From positions 1 to 29,583 of the forward strand of contig JBMFSQ010000027.1 in NCBI GenBank assembly GCA_049967475.1: 29,583 nt of DNA, in the 5' to 3' direction. This stretch comes from Chthonomonadales bacterium. GTDB lineage: Bacteria; Armatimonadota; Chthonomonadetes; Chthonomonadales; CAJBBX01. The notes under the pieces were generated by a model. It worked only from the letters and a program-made list of their open reading frames with translations, searched no databases and was not told where the DNA came from. Positions 1 to 9,334 of the stretch are shown here, piece by piece (within the stretch, counting starts at the first letter, position 1; each line of letters starts with the position of its first letter). The translations under genes were made by a program, and so were the position numbers.

Positions 1-111
1 GATGGCGGGATCCTTGGCGTTGGCCTGGGCGGTAAACTCCGGGCTGGGAGGGAAAATGCGGGCAGCGTCTAAGCTCGCTTGGGTGTTGACCGTATCAAGA
101 CCATCCGACAT
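1..111 (-). CDS. acs: 5' end (37 codons, runs off the window) of a probable acetate--CoA ligase (AMP-forming acetyl-CoA synthetase)
   Basis: Not in the ORF track. ATG at 111-109 with GGAGGA RBS at 124-119. Translates MSDGLDTVNTQASLDAARIFPPSPEFTAQANAKDPAI; the R-x-F-P-P-x-x-E-F-x-x-Q-A-N pattern is typical of Acs N-termini. Starts 36 nt after the MFS stop on the same strand. Confidence 0.72.
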   Translation of the reverse strand, partial: MSDGLDTVNTQASLDAARIFPPSPEFTAQANAKDPAI

Positions 112-147
112 GGTTCGTTCCTCCAATGTGCGCTGCCGAACCGTTTC

Positions 148-1569
148 TCAAGAGGCCTGGGCAGCGGCAGGTTTATGGGTTGCGCGCAATGCCATCGCGA
201 GGACGGCAGACAGAATGCAAAGGCACGCTGCTACAGCGAAGGCCGCGCCATAGCTGTGGGTAAGCGCCTTCGCCGTATTGCCGGAATACACGCCCACAAC
301 CCCGGCAATGCCGTAGGATGTGAACACAAGGCCGTAGTTGGCACCCAGGTTCTTTGCACCGAATAGGTCCGCTGTTGTGGATGGGAAGAGGGCGAAGTTT
401 CCTCCGAAGTTAAAACCCACCAGGGAGGCGCCGACGGCTAGCCCCAATTCCGTATGCAAGCGGGTGAGGCTGAACAAAACGACCGCCTGGATCACGAACA
501 TTGTAATAAAGGCTGCTGTTCGCCCCACACGATCCGACACCAATCCCCAGCACACGCGCCCCAAAGCGTTGAAGACCGCCAGCCATCCTACTGCCTCCGC
601 CCCCCGCATCAGCAAATCGTTGCGGAGAGCCTCCGGCAGGTTGGGCCCTGCACCGGCTACGAGCTGCTCGCCGGCGAAGTCCTTCAGGATGCCGATGACG
701 GTGAGGCCTGCCAAGGCGCCGCTGAAGAACATCAGCCAAAGCATGTAAAAGGCAGGGCGGCGGAGTGTCTCGCGCCAGGTGCTTTCCTGCACCCCGCGGA
801 CTGCCCCGCCTGGGGGGTTCGTCAGAAGGGATGCTCCCACGGACACGGCCAGAAACGACACGATGCCGTGAACTAGGAAGAAGGTTCCGATGCCATGGGC
901 AGCGATAAAGGGCGGAGCTCCAATGGCGGCGTCTTTTTGGCTGAAAATGTATGCACCCAGACCGAAACCCGCCACCGCCACGCCGGACACGAGCCCTTTG
1001 TGTTCCGGGAACCACTTGATGAGGGCGGCAATCGGGCATACATATGCAAACCCGATGCCTGCGCCGGCCATCAGCCCCAGCGTGACCCAAAGGATTGCCA
1101 GCTTGAGCGTTTCCGAAGCGGCCGCTGAGAGGGGGCTGATGAGGAAGGCGCCCGCCAAAACGAAACCGGCTCCAAGAAGGGATGCTCCTACGAAGGCCGT
1201 GAAGCGGGGACCTTTCTGATCCTGAATGCGGCCGGCCCACACCATGAGCACGGCAAACGACAGGATGCAGATGGCGAAGGAGTACTTGAGCAGCCCTTTC
1301 TGGGCTTCGTGACGCGCCGTAGCGGCGGCCTCATCCGCCACGATTACGACACCGGCCAACTCCGACCGGCCGGCAGAAAGTTGAGCCGCCTGGGCGGCAG
1401 TCAGGATCCTGGTGGGATAAACGGCTGCTTCCAGCGGTTGCCAGAAGATGCTGTATCCGTAAACCGTTCCCAGAATGAGCTGTACGAGGATGGCGCCAAA
1501 GAGCACCTTCCATCGTGTGACACGTGCCACGGGTTGAGCGTGATCCGCAGATGCGGCCAGACTGGACAT
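148..1569 (-). CDS. MFS transporter, oxalate:formate antiporter (OFA)/monocarboxylate-transporter-like family
   Basis: About 12 hydrophobic segments. OFA-family motifs GTVYGYSIF, GRIQDQKGPR, GIGFAY..P.AALIKWFPEHKGLVSG, NALGRVCWGLVSDRVGR and FP...ADLFGAKNLGANYG. Start placed at ATG 1569 (MSSLAAS) rather than the ORF-track GTG at 1641. Confidence 0.9.
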   Translation of the reverse strand: MSSLAASADHAQPVARVTRWKVLFGAILVQLILGTVYGYSIFWQPLEAAVYPTRILTAAQAAQLSAGRSELAGVVIVADEAAATARHEAQKGLLKYSFAICILSFAVLMVWAGRIQDQKGPRFTAFVGASLLGAGFVLAGAFLISPLSAAASETLKLAILWVTLGLMAGAGIGFAYVCPIAALIKWFPEHKGLVSGVAVAGFGLGAYIFSQKDAAIGAPPFIAAHGIGTFFLVHGIVSFLAVSVGASLLTNPPGGAVRGVQESTWRETLRRPAFYMLWLMFFSGALAGLTVIGILKDFAGEQLVAGAGPNLPEALRNDLLMRGAEAVGWLAVFNALGRVCWGLVSDRVGRTAAFITMFVIQAVVLFSLTRLHTELGLAVGASLVGFNFGGNFALFPSTTADLFGAKNLGANYGLVFTSYGIAGVVGVYSGNTAKALTHSYGAAFAVAACLCILSAVLAMALRATHKPAAAQAS

Positions 1570-1838
1570 AGGAGCACCCCTGCTGCGGGAATTGCCGAAG
1601 GCCTTGCTATGGGAAGGAGAACCCTCGGGGAACTGCTGCACTTGTGATGCTGCATGACCTTACCTGTGCCTTGCCGATCTGTCCACCACGAACGCGAACA
1701 GCATATGCACGCTTTCATCGCTACTCTACCCTTGGAGGGACTGGAGCCTACAACGGGTAAATGGTAACGGGAGCCCCTACTGCAATCCCACGCAGCTTGG
1801 CATTGGGGGACCGGCGGGGCTCGCAAGGAGGGAGCCCA

Positions 1839-2195
1839 ATGGTACTTCTCATCGGTGTGGCGTATTTGGCGTCACAGATTGCCCTGCAGGGCGACACGGG
1901 CCGGCATGAATGGAAGCTTCCGACGGTCATGGTGGGATACGGAGTGGTCAATCTGTGGCACACCGTGGACGCCCACAGGCTGGGGACACTGTTGCAGCGC
2001 GTCGCCGGCCGGCCCGTGATCAACAATACCGATTGCGGGCCTGTAATCAATCCGGGAGCAGCCCGCGCAGCAGCTATGGCCAAAGCGGCAATCTCGTGTG
2101 GCGCCCATTTCTTGGTCTACGGATACGACGACACCACCATAGACGAGCCGCTCATTGCCGCGCTTGGGCAAGTGATCCATCGCAGCGAGCCGTAG
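1839..2195 (+). CDS. Hypothetical protein (118 aa) with hydrophobic N-terminus; possibly an internally deleted gene remnant
   Basis: Strong RBS (AAGGAGGGAG) before ATG 1839, protein-like composition, and it fills the gap between the MFS gene and hoxW. No family recognised. Confidence 0.5.
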   Translation: MVLLIGVAYLASQIALQGDTGRHEWKLPTVMVGYGVVNLWHTVDAHRLGTLLQRVAGRPVINNTDCGPVINPGAARAAAMAKAAISCGAHFLVYGYDDTTIDEPLIAALGQVIHRSEP

Positions 2196-2371
2196 CGGCG
2201 CACCAAAAGAACTCACCGGCACGTGCCCAGAGGATCGCCGGTCTAACGGATCAGATATGGTAGGATGCCTCACCGGAGCGCTTGGTCGGCGCCGCTCGCC
2301 TCACCGTTCCGGAATATTACGCGCGGCACTCTCCCTCGCCATCTGTTGGGGCGCCGGCGGCCGCGTCCGCA

Positions 2372-2878
2372 TCATTCGCGACGGATCGGCGGCTTCCCGA
2401 GGCAGATCCCCTGCACGATTTGGATCGCTTCACCCACTGCTTTGATCGTTGTGGCAGAGAGCCCTTCCCCCACGGAAAAATCGGCCGCGGGAAGCGTCAC
2501 CATCCACGCTTGGGGCGTCTTGCCGTAGGCGATGCTGCTTAGGTGCAGAAGGTATTCGGGATCGCCTGTGTGCGCGAGGCACGATGCGCCCGCCCTAGGC
2601 TCGATCTCCTTCACGTCAACCCGACGTGTCCCGTCTATGGGTCGCGCGTCTAGGAAAACGGCTGTGTCTGCCTGGGCAAGGTCTTCCGCAAGTTCCGGAT
2701 TGAGCTGGTGTGAAATCCGAACCTGCACTCCGGGAAGGCCCAGCGCTTCCACGGCCTCAGCTGCGCGGACGCCTGCAGCATCGTCGCGGCGAAGAGTGTT
2801 GCCGTAGCCGATCACCAAGATGCGCCGCCCATTGTGTTGGTTTTGCCCTGGCTGAAAGGGCTCTCTCTGCTGCGTCAT
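2372..2878 (-). CDS. hoxW: [NiFe]-hydrogenase maturation endopeptidase
   Basis: [31 protein letters not shown] and AH motifs of the HycI/HoxW family. ATG 2878 overlaps the hoxH stop (ATGA). Confidence 0.92.
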   Translation of the reverse strand: MTQQREPFQPGQNQHNGRRILVIGYGNTLRRDDAAGVRAAEAVEALGLPGVQVRISHQLNPELAEDLAQADTAVFLDARPIDGTRRVDVKEIEPRAGASCLAHTGDPEYLLHLSSIAYGKTPQAWMVTLPAADFSVGEGLSATTIKAVGEAIQIVQGICLGKPPIRRE

Positions 2879-4299
2879 GGGCGGTGCTTCTGGTCCAGCA
2901 CGGACCCGTCGGGGCCTTTCAGCACGATGTGCAGAGGCATTTGGCCCGCCGCGTGGGTGGAGCAGGAAAGGCACGGATCGAAGGCGCGTATGCCTGCCTC
3001 CACCCGGTTCAGCATCCCCTCGGGGATCTGCGGCCCGTGGATATAGTGCCGGGCAATCTGGGCAACGGTGCGGTTCATGGCGAGATTGTTTTGACCGGTC
3101 GCAATGATGAGGTTAACCCGCTGGATTAGGCCGCTCTCATCCACTTGATAGTGGTGGAACAGCGTCCCTCGGGGCGCTTCGCTCACCCCGACGCCCTCCA
3201 GGCTGTTGATGCCGGCACGAGCGCGCAGCCTTGTGGAAGAGAGATCCGGGTCGTCCAACAGGATGTCTATGCGTTCGATGGCAGCCAGTATCTCGATGAG
3301 GCGCGCATAGTGGTACATGAAGCTGGAGTTGACGGCGCCGGCAGAGAGTTCGCGAAATTCCCGCACCTCACGATCGGCCATGGGAGTGCCGAAATGAGAA
3401 CACACGTTAAGGCGGGCGAGGGGTCCCACGCGGTAGATGCCGTCCGGGTAGCCCATGGGCTTGTAATAGGGGAACTTGAGGTACGACCAGGCTTCGGTGG
3501 CCTCGCCGATGAACTGCTTGTAGTCCCGTGCTTCGAGGCCGTCGGCGATGATGTTGCGCGCCGCGTCCACCACGCGCAATTTGCCTCCGTAGTGTTCCCA
3601 TAAGCCGTTGGGGCCCACGAGGCTCATGAAAAGGGTGGGAAAATTGCCGAACACCATCACTTCGCGCTCGTATTGTTCGAGGAGATTGCGGAAGAGCTCC
3701 AGAGCGTCCAAGGCTGTTTGCGTCACTTCGGGGATCCACTCGCGGATCTCTTCGCGGCCCTCCGGCGTCAGGGCGCTGCGGACCCCGCCCGGGACCGCCC
3801 ATGCCGGGTGCACGCGCTTGCCGCCCAGGATCTCGATGACGCGTTGGCCGAATTGCCGGAGGCGGATGCCGGCCCTGGCGATTTGCGGCTGGGCTGCGAT
3901 GAGACCGAAGATGTTCCGCGCCGCGGGATCGCTGTCCATGCCCAGGAGAAGATCCGGCGCGCTGAGGTGGAAAAAGCTCAGGGCGTGGCTCTGTATGATC
4001 TGCCCCAGGTTCATGAGGCGGCGGAGGGACTCCGCAGCCGGAGGGATATCTACTGCAAGGATGGCATCTCCGGCCTTAGCCGAGGCAAGAAGATGGCTCA
4101 CGGGGCAGATGCCGCAGATACGGGCGGTGATGCCGGCCATCTCCCACAAGGGGCGCCCTTCGCAGAACTTCTCGAAGCCGCGGAACTCCGTTACGTGGAA
4201 CCGGGCATCGGTTACTTCGCCTGCGTCGTCAAGATATATGGTGATCTTGGCATGACCCTCAATCCGGGTTACAGGGTCTATGAGAATGCGCTGCGTCAT
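2875..4299 (-). CDS. hoxH: Bidirectional NAD-linked (group 3d) [NiFe]-hydrogenase large subunit
   Basis: [11 protein letters not shown]1 motif [21 protein letters not shown] and L2 motif DPCLSCSTH, followed by a 25-aa cleavable C-terminal tail. Start at ATG 4299 (MTQRILIDP). Confidence 0.97.
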   Translation of the reverse strand: MTQRILIDPVTRIEGHAKITIYLDDAGEVTDARFHVTEFRGFEKFCEGRPLWEMAGITARICGICPVSHLLASAKAGDAILAVDIPPAAESLRRLMNLGQIIQSHALSFFHLSAPDLLLGMDSDPAARNIFGLIAAQPQIARAGIRLRQFGQRVIEILGGKRVHPAWAVPGGVRSALTPEGREEIREWIPEVTQTALDALELFRNLLEQYEREVMVFGNFPTLFMSLVGPNGLWEHYGGKLRVVDAARNIIADGLEARDYKQFIGEATEAWSYLKFPYYKPMGYPDGIYRVGPLARLNVCSHFGTPMADREVREFRELSAGAVNSSFMYHYARLIEILAAIERIDILLDDPDLSSTRLRARAGINSLEGVGVSEAPRGTLFHHYQVDESGLIQRVNLIIATGQNNLAMNRTVAQIARHYIHGPQIPEGMLNRVEAGIRAFDPCLSCSTHAAGQMPLHIVLKGPDGSVLDQKHRP

Positions 4300-4313
4300 A
4301 GGATGGCTCCATT

Positions 4314-4856
4314 CTAGCCGTACTTGAGATCTTGCCCTTCCAGGTGGATGGCGCCATCGGCAAGGAGCTGCTGGAGGGCAGTCTTGATGCGCGATGCGGG
4401 CGGCGGGCAGCCGGGAAGGTAGGCATCCACGGCAATGATTGCATGGAGAGGTTGTACGCGCTCCGTGAGGCGCGGAACGATGCCCGGCTCCGATGGAACC
4501 TGGCCCTGGATGTCTGCGGCTTCCACATAAGCGCGCTGCAGAAAGCCCTCGGGGCCGCCGAAGGTGTTGCGCATGGCGGTAACGTTTCCCGTAACTGCGC
4601 AATCGCCGAAGGCGATGATAACGCGGGTGCGTTCCCGAACCTTGCGCATGAGCTCAACATGATCTTCATTGGCTACAGCCCCTTCCACGAGGCATACGTC
4701 CACATCTTCCGGGTACTCCTTCACGTCGGCGATGGGGCTGTACACAATATCCACATGCTGGGCAAGTTCTATGAGCCACTCATCCAAATCCAGGAAGGAC
4801 ATGTGGCATCCGGAGCACCCTCCCAGCCATACGGTAGCCACTCTCAACCGATCCAT
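4314..4856 (-). CDS. hoxY: [NiFe]-hydrogenase small subunit (single proximal Fe-S cluster)
   Basis: [17 protein letters not shown] and PGCPP motifs; 180 aa from ATG 4856; overlaps the end of hoxU. Confidence 0.96.
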   Translation of the reverse strand: MDRLRVATVWLGGCSGCHMSFLDLDEWLIELAQHVDIVYSPIADVKEYPEDVDVCLVEGAVANEDHVELMRKVRERTRVIIAFGDCAVTGNVTAMRNTFGGPEGFLQRAYVEAADIQGQVPSEPGIVPRLTERVQPLHAIIAVDAYLPGCPPPASRIKTALQQLLADGAIHLEGQDLKYG

Positions 4857-5560
4857 TGCTTCTTCTCCCGGGCTGTTACGATGAATTCCACGCGGGCGCG
4901 ATCTTTCTGCATCTCTGCGGTGGTGGCGCCTTTGACAAAGAGGGCACCGGTTGGGCAGGCTTGGACGCACTTTCCGCACTGGGTACAGCTTGTTGAGGCG
5001 CCCCAAGGTTGATCCATGTCGGTGATGACGCGTGCTTTTCCGCCTCGGCCTGCTACATCCCAGGTATGGGCGCCCTCCACTTCGTCACACACGCGCACGC
5101 ACCTGGTGCAGAGGACGCACCGGTTGTGATCCACACCGTACCGGTCATGGGTCACATCCACGGGCAGGCGGGGAAACACATATTCATAGCGCACGTGATC
5201 CACGCCAACCGAAACGGCCAGATCCTGCAGTTCACAGTGCCCGTTGGCAACGCAGACCGAGCATACATGGTTGCGTTCTGCAAAGAGCAGCTCTACGATC
5301 ATCTTGCGGTAATTGCGGAGCTGGTCTGTATTCGTGCGCACCTCCATCCCCTCTGCCACCTTCGTGGCGCACGCGGGCACCAATCGGGGACTGCCTACAA
5401 TCTCCACCAAGCACAAGCGGCAGGCACCTACATCGGAGAGGCCGTCCAGGTGGCACAGTGTGGGGATCTCGATGCCTGCTTCACGAGCCGCCTGGAGGAT
5501 GGTGCTGTCCTCCTGCGCGCTGATCATCCGGCCGTCAATAGATAGTGTCTTAACCGCCAT
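4844..5560 (-). CDS. hoxU: Diaphorase Fe-S subunit
   Basis: [2Fe-2S] motif PTLC..GACRLC..C, H-x3-C type HVCSVC..C, and 2[4Fe-4S] motifs [11 protein letters not shown] and [12 protein letters not shown]; 238 aa. Confidence 0.96.
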   Translation of the reverse strand: MAVKTLSIDGRMISAQEDSTILQAAREAGIEIPTLCHLDGLSDVGACRLCLVEIVGSPRLVPACATKVAEGMEVRTNTDQLRNYRKMIVELLFAERNHVCSVCVANGHCELQDLAVSVGVDHVRYEYVFPRLPVDVTHDRYGVDHNRCVLCTRCVRVCDEVEGAHTWDVAGRGGKARVITDMDQPWGASTSCTQCGKCVQACPTGALFVKGATTAEMQKDRARVEFIVTAREKKQWIG

Positions 5561-7163
5561 GGTCGGTGGCCCTCACTTTGATGAACGCAAGGTAGTCATC
5601 GCGGAAGAAGCGAAGGGTGCTCAGCACGGGGTTGGGTGCCGACTGGCCCAGGCCGCAAAGGCTGGTGCGCTTCACCATGTCGCAGAGTTCGAAGAGGGTG
5701 TGCAGGTCGTCCTCGGATGCATCCCCGTTGCGGATGCGGGTAAGGAGGCGGTGCATCTGCACAGTTCCTGCGCGGCATGGGATGCATTTGCCGCAGGATT
5801 CATCCATGCAAAACTCCATGAAGAACCGGGCTACATCCACCATATTGGTGTCTTCGTCCATCACGATCATTCCGCCGGAACCCATGATGGAGCCCACCTT
5901 GAGCAGCGACTCGTAATCCACGGGTGTGTCCAAAGCAGATGCCGGGATGCATCCGCCGGAGGGGCCGCCGGTCTGCACAGCCTTGACGTGCTTGCCATCG
6001 GGAACCCCTCCGCCCATTTCCATCACGATTTCCCGCAGGGTAGTGCCCATCGGAACTTCAATGAGGCCGGTATTGCGGATCTTCCCGGCGAGGGCGAATA
6101 CCTTGGTTCCTTTGCTCTTGTCGGTACCGATGGAAGCAAACCAATCTGCGCCTTTGCGGAGGATGGTTGGGATATTGGCGAAGGTCTCCACGTTGTTGAT
6201 GAGGGTTGGGAAGCCCCAAAGGCCGGACTCGGCGGGATAAGGAGGCCTCAGCCGCGGAGTACCCCGGCGGCCTTCGATAGAAGCCATGAGGGCTGTCTCT
6301 TCGCCGCATACAAAGGCACCGGCTCCGATGCGCAGGTCTATTTTGAAGTCGAAACCCGTGTCGAAAATCTGGGAGCCCAGCATGCCCATCTTGCGGGCCT
6401 GGCGGATGGCCGTCTGCAGGCGGCTTATAGCCAGGGGATATTCTCCGCGCACGTAGATGTAGCCTTGCGTTGCTCCCACCGCGTAGGCTGCGATGGCCAT
6501 TCCTTCCAGCACACGGTGCGGGTCACTCTCCAAAACAGAGCGGTCCATAAAGGCGCCGGGGTCTCCCTCGTCTGCGTTGCATACCACAAACTTGCGCTCT
6601 GCCCGCGTTTTGGATACGAGAGACCATTTGAGACCCGTTGGATAGCCTGCGCCACCCCGCCCGCGGAGGCCGCTGCGGATCACCTCATCTATCACCTCGG
6701 CAGGAGAGAGCTCCCGCACAGCATGCTGCAGAGCCTGGTACCCATCGGCGGCGATATAGGCCTCGATGCGCTCAGGATCTATCTTTCCGCTGTTCTCCAG
6801 CACGATGGGAAGCTGCTTGATGAAGAAGGGGATCTGAAAGCTGCCCTTCTTCAGCGTGGGCGCGGGTTTCCCCTGGACGGCTGCCACGATGGAGGGAGCG
6901 TCCTCAGGCTTCACATTCTCATAGAGAGCTCCCTCCGGGTCCGATGCCACCAGGGGACCCCGGCTGCAAAGGCCCATGCATCCAACCCCGCGGACCTCCA
7001 CTTCGCCTGCCAGTCCCTCGGCCTCCACCGCTTCCTGAAGGGCCTTGCGCACGGCGTCGGATCCTTGGGAAAGGCAACCGGCAGCTACGCAGCATCGCAG
7101 GCAGCGCGGCTTGTGTTCTTCTTGCTCTTGCTCTACGATCTCAGTGAGTTGGTTCTGCGCCAT
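5550..7163 (-). CDS. hoxF: Diaphorase NADH/FMN-binding subunit (NuoF-like)
   Basis: N-terminal thioredoxin-like [2Fe-2S] domain (CCVAAGC, CMGLC), [37 protein letters not shown] and [14 protein letters not shown]; 537 aa. Confidence 0.96.
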   Translation of the reverse strand: MAQNQLTEIVEQEQEEHKPRCLRCCVAAGCLSQGSDAVRKALQEAVEAEGLAGEVEVRGVGCMGLCSRGPLVASDPEGALYENVKPEDAPSIVAAVQGKPAPTLKKGSFQIPFFIKQLPIVLENSGKIDPERIEAYIAADGYQALQHAVRELSPAEVIDEVIRSGLRGRGGAGYPTGLKWSLVSKTRAERKFVVCNADEGDPGAFMDRSVLESDPHRVLEGMAIAAYAVGATQGYIYVRGEYPLAISRLQTAIRQARKMGMLGSQIFDTGFDFKIDLRIGAGAFVCGEETALMASIEGRRGTPRLRPPYPAESGLWGFPTLINNVETFANIPTILRKGADWFASIGTDKSKGTKVFALAGKIRNTGLIEVPMGTTLREIVMEMGGGVPDGKHVKAVQTGGPSGGCIPASALDTPVDYESLLKVGSIMGSGGMIVMDEDTNMVDVARFFMEFCMDESCGKCIPCRAGTVQMHRLLTRIRNGDASEDDLHTLFELCDMVKRTSLCGLGQSAPNPVLSTLRFFRDDYLAFIKVRATDHGG

Positions 7164-7668
7164 CTCCTATCCAGCCTTTCACCTGTTTCACCAATACGTC
7201 GTCGGTCACATGACCGGTTACGGCTCCGTCGAGGACGGCTGCCGGCGCGATCCCGCAGGCTCCCAAACAACGGGCGGTGAGGAGGGACACTTGACCGTCG
7301 GGCGTAGTTTCTCCCGCCTTTACCCCCGTTGCTTGTTCCACTGCCGCCAAGAGGCGCGCCGCTCCCTTCACATAGCAGGCGGTGCCCATGCAAACCACAC
7401 ACGTGTGCTTGCCCTTGGGCGCCAACGAAAAGAAGTGGTAAAAGGTGGCCACGCCGTAAACCCTGCTGGGCGGAAGCTTAAGGCTGTGAGCGGTGTGCAT
7501 CAGCAGGTCCCGGTCCAGATATCCGAAGAGTTCTTGAGCCGTATGGAGGACTTCGATGAGGGCATCGGGCTGGTATTGATGCCGCTTCATGGTGGCCTCC
7601 AGGATCTTCCACCGGTTATCGGTCTTGGGGGGCGCCGTGGTGCTGCCGAGTTGCTCGACGCTCGTCAT
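7141..7668 (-). CDS. hoxE: Bidirectional hydrogenase [2Fe-2S] subunit (NuoE-like)
   Basis: [29 protein letters not shown] and CLGAC motifs; GGAGGAG RBS. Confidence 0.96.
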   Translation of the reverse strand: MTSVEQLGSTTAPPKTDNRWKILEATMKRHQYQPDALIEVLHTAQELFGYLDRDLLMHTAHSLKLPPSRVYGVATFYHFFSLAPKGKHTCVVCMGTACYVKGAARLLAAVEQATGVKAGETTPDGQVSLLTARCLGACGIAPAAVLDGAVTGHVTDDVLVKQVKGWIGDGAEPTH

Positions 7669-7755
7669 CGTCTCCTCCAGATGCGCGGTTTAGATAGATA
7701 TACCAGTTATTGAGCCGGCTTCCTTGTACATCATCGAGGTTGGCCGCCGCCGGAC

Positions 7756-7773
7756 TTGTGCAACAATTCACAA
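7756..7773. promoter_or_regulatory. Palindromic operator TTGTGCAACAATTCACAA (Rex-type; CRP/FNR family also possible), hox-proximal
   Basis: One mismatch to the Rex consensus TTGTGAANNNNTTCACAA. The palindrome extends to ACTTGTG...CACAAGT (7754-7775). AT-rich in a GC-rich context, about 90 bp upstream of hoxE. Confidence 0.72.
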
Positions 7774-7929
7774 GTGTTCCGGCCGGTAACCCGTCGGCTC
7801 CAGCATAATCCTACTCTTTCCTGCTGAGCCGGCACAATGGGAAGATAGTAGGTTACGGGGTGGCCGTGGTACTAACCGCGTTCGGGGGCCAATCCAGGCG
7901 GGATCCAGCGCCGTCACCAAGCCACAGAC

Positions 7930-7947
7930 TTGTGAACTACATCACAA
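7930..7947. promoter_or_regulatory. Second palindromic operator TTGTGAACTACATCACAA (Rex/CRP-type), hox-distal
   Basis: One mismatch to the Rex consensus and a perfect TGTGA-N6-TCACA core. Overlaps the stop codon of the upstream SGNH gene. Confidence 0.65.
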
Positions 7948-9270
7948 AGATTTCTCCGTACCCGTCCGTCCGGTCCTGTCTCCTAGAATGCGCCCCCGCA
8001 CCATCAGATACCCTATCCTTAGCACGGTCCCCCGGTACTTGTTGGCATCGAAGCCCGGCTGGCTCTTCACGGTGTCCAGCACAGCACTGCGGTCCGGTTC
8101 CTGCGCCGACACCGCGACCATGATGCGGTGGCTGCCGGGGGGCAATCCCTCTGCCACCGTGAAGGAGGCGAGCCGATGATAGGTGCAAAACACATCAAAC
8201 CGGCTGCGGAGGCCGACGGGCTTTCCATCCACGAAGCACTCGGCGATGCCGGCATCCGGCCCCATCACGTCGTATACGCCGGCGAAGGTTCCCTCCAGGG
8301 TAAAGGCGATCGTGTCTCCCGGCTTGGCTGCTTCCCACACCTCCGGAAGTCGGTTATGGAAGGCGCGGGCTATCGGGTCATCCGGTGGAAGCTTGCGCCA
8401 TCCCGGCGAAAGCATGGCGGGCTGGACGGGAACGAGGGCGGCATCCTCCCAATTGTCCCTAGTGATAGGTTCGGGCAGCGTATGTGCGGCGCGTTGCGGG
8501 TGTGAGGCGGCTTGCGCCAGAGCCTTCTCGACTACCTGGGCGTAGATCTGGTGCCCGGCGTCGAGGGGGTGCACCCCATCCGTAGAAAACAGAATGGTGC
8601 CGGAAGGTACGGGCAAAACTCTTCCCGATCCATCCCGCGGAGGGACGGGCAGAACCGTTCCCTCACGTACGAGCTCGGCGATGCGCAGGGCAACGTTGAC
8701 GGATGGGATCCCGTAGTGGTCGGCGATCGCTTCATCCACGGCCGCCGCGGAAGGACAGACGCCCTTCTCCAGATCTTGCTGAAACCCGGTGACATAGGTG
8801 TAGACGAAGCAGATATCGGTGAAGCGGTTCGCCTTCCATATCTGCCGTACGATGCCCTCCATCGAGCGAAGGATCGCGGCAGGTGGGCGGCCCGCGTCGT
8901 TTACGGCGAACTCTATGAAAACGAGATCGGGTCTTAGGTCCAGCACGTCCCTTCGGCACCGGAAGGCGCCCAAATCAGAGCCTGTTCCGCCGATGGTCGC
9001 ATTGATTTCTTCCACTCGGCTTGCGGGATAGGTGGATCGGAACCATTGAAGCGTCTTTACACGCCAACCCTCCTGAGCGGTAATGGATCCTCCGAAGTAG
9101 GCGATGCGCGCAGTGTGCCCGCTTCGGAGCTTGGCAAAGACATTGGGCATGCCGTTCCTAAGGCGGATGAGGGCCGCCCGCGCCTGGGGAACCTGTTGGG
9201 CAGCCGCGTGGCCGACACAATGCGCGCACATCCACAGCAGAGCGCAAAGAATGAGGCACGAGGATCGCAC
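7942..9270 (-). CDS. Secreted SGNH/GDSL hydrolase (probable carbohydrate esterase) with C-terminal beta-sandwich domain
   Basis: Signal peptide (MRSSCLILCALLW..AAA). Block I FGGSIT, block II IGGTGS, block III EFAVND and block V DGVHP. GTG start with GGAGGG RBS. Confidence 0.88.
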   Translation of the reverse strand: MRSSCLILCALLWMCAHCVGHAAAQQVPQARAALIRLRNGMPNVFAKLRSGHTARIAYFGGSITAQEGWRVKTLQWFRSTYPASRVEEINATIGGTGSDLGAFRCRRDVLDLRPDLVFIEFAVNDAGRPPAAILRSMEGIVRQIWKANRFTDICFVYTYVTGFQQDLEKGVCPSAAAVDEAIADHYGIPSVNVALRIAELVREGTVLPVPPRDGSGRVLPVPSGTILFSTDGVHPLDAGHQIYAQVVEKALAQAASHPQRAAHTLPEPITRDNWEDAALVPVQPAMLSPGWRKLPPDDPIARAFHNRLPEVWEAAKPGDTIAFTLEGTFAGVYDVMGPDAGIAECFVDGKPVGLRSRFDVFCTYHRLASFTVAEGLPPGSHRIMVAVSAQEPDRSAVLDTVKSQPGFDANKYRGTVLRIGYLMVRGRILGDRTGRTGTEKSL

Positions 9271-9334
9271 CGCCGGATCCCTCCATTCAAAGGTGAGCTC
9301 GCACCTCTGGGTTGGACAGTCTGCGGCCTATATC

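Noticed and set aside
1642..1659. TTGTGATGCTGCATGACC upstream of the MFS gene as a third Rex/CRP site
   Set aside because: Only one half-site matches; too weak without a PWM or conservation data.
1734..1800. GGAGGGACTGG resembling part of a SAM-I riboswitch
   Set aside because: Lacks the AUC-AGA P1 junction, GCAACC and GUGC elements, and the downstream gene is not evidently sulfur-related.
5313..7280. 655-aa plus-strand ORF
   Set aside because: Antisense shadow of hoxF and its neighbours. No recognisable motifs; expected from codon bias in GC-rich genes.
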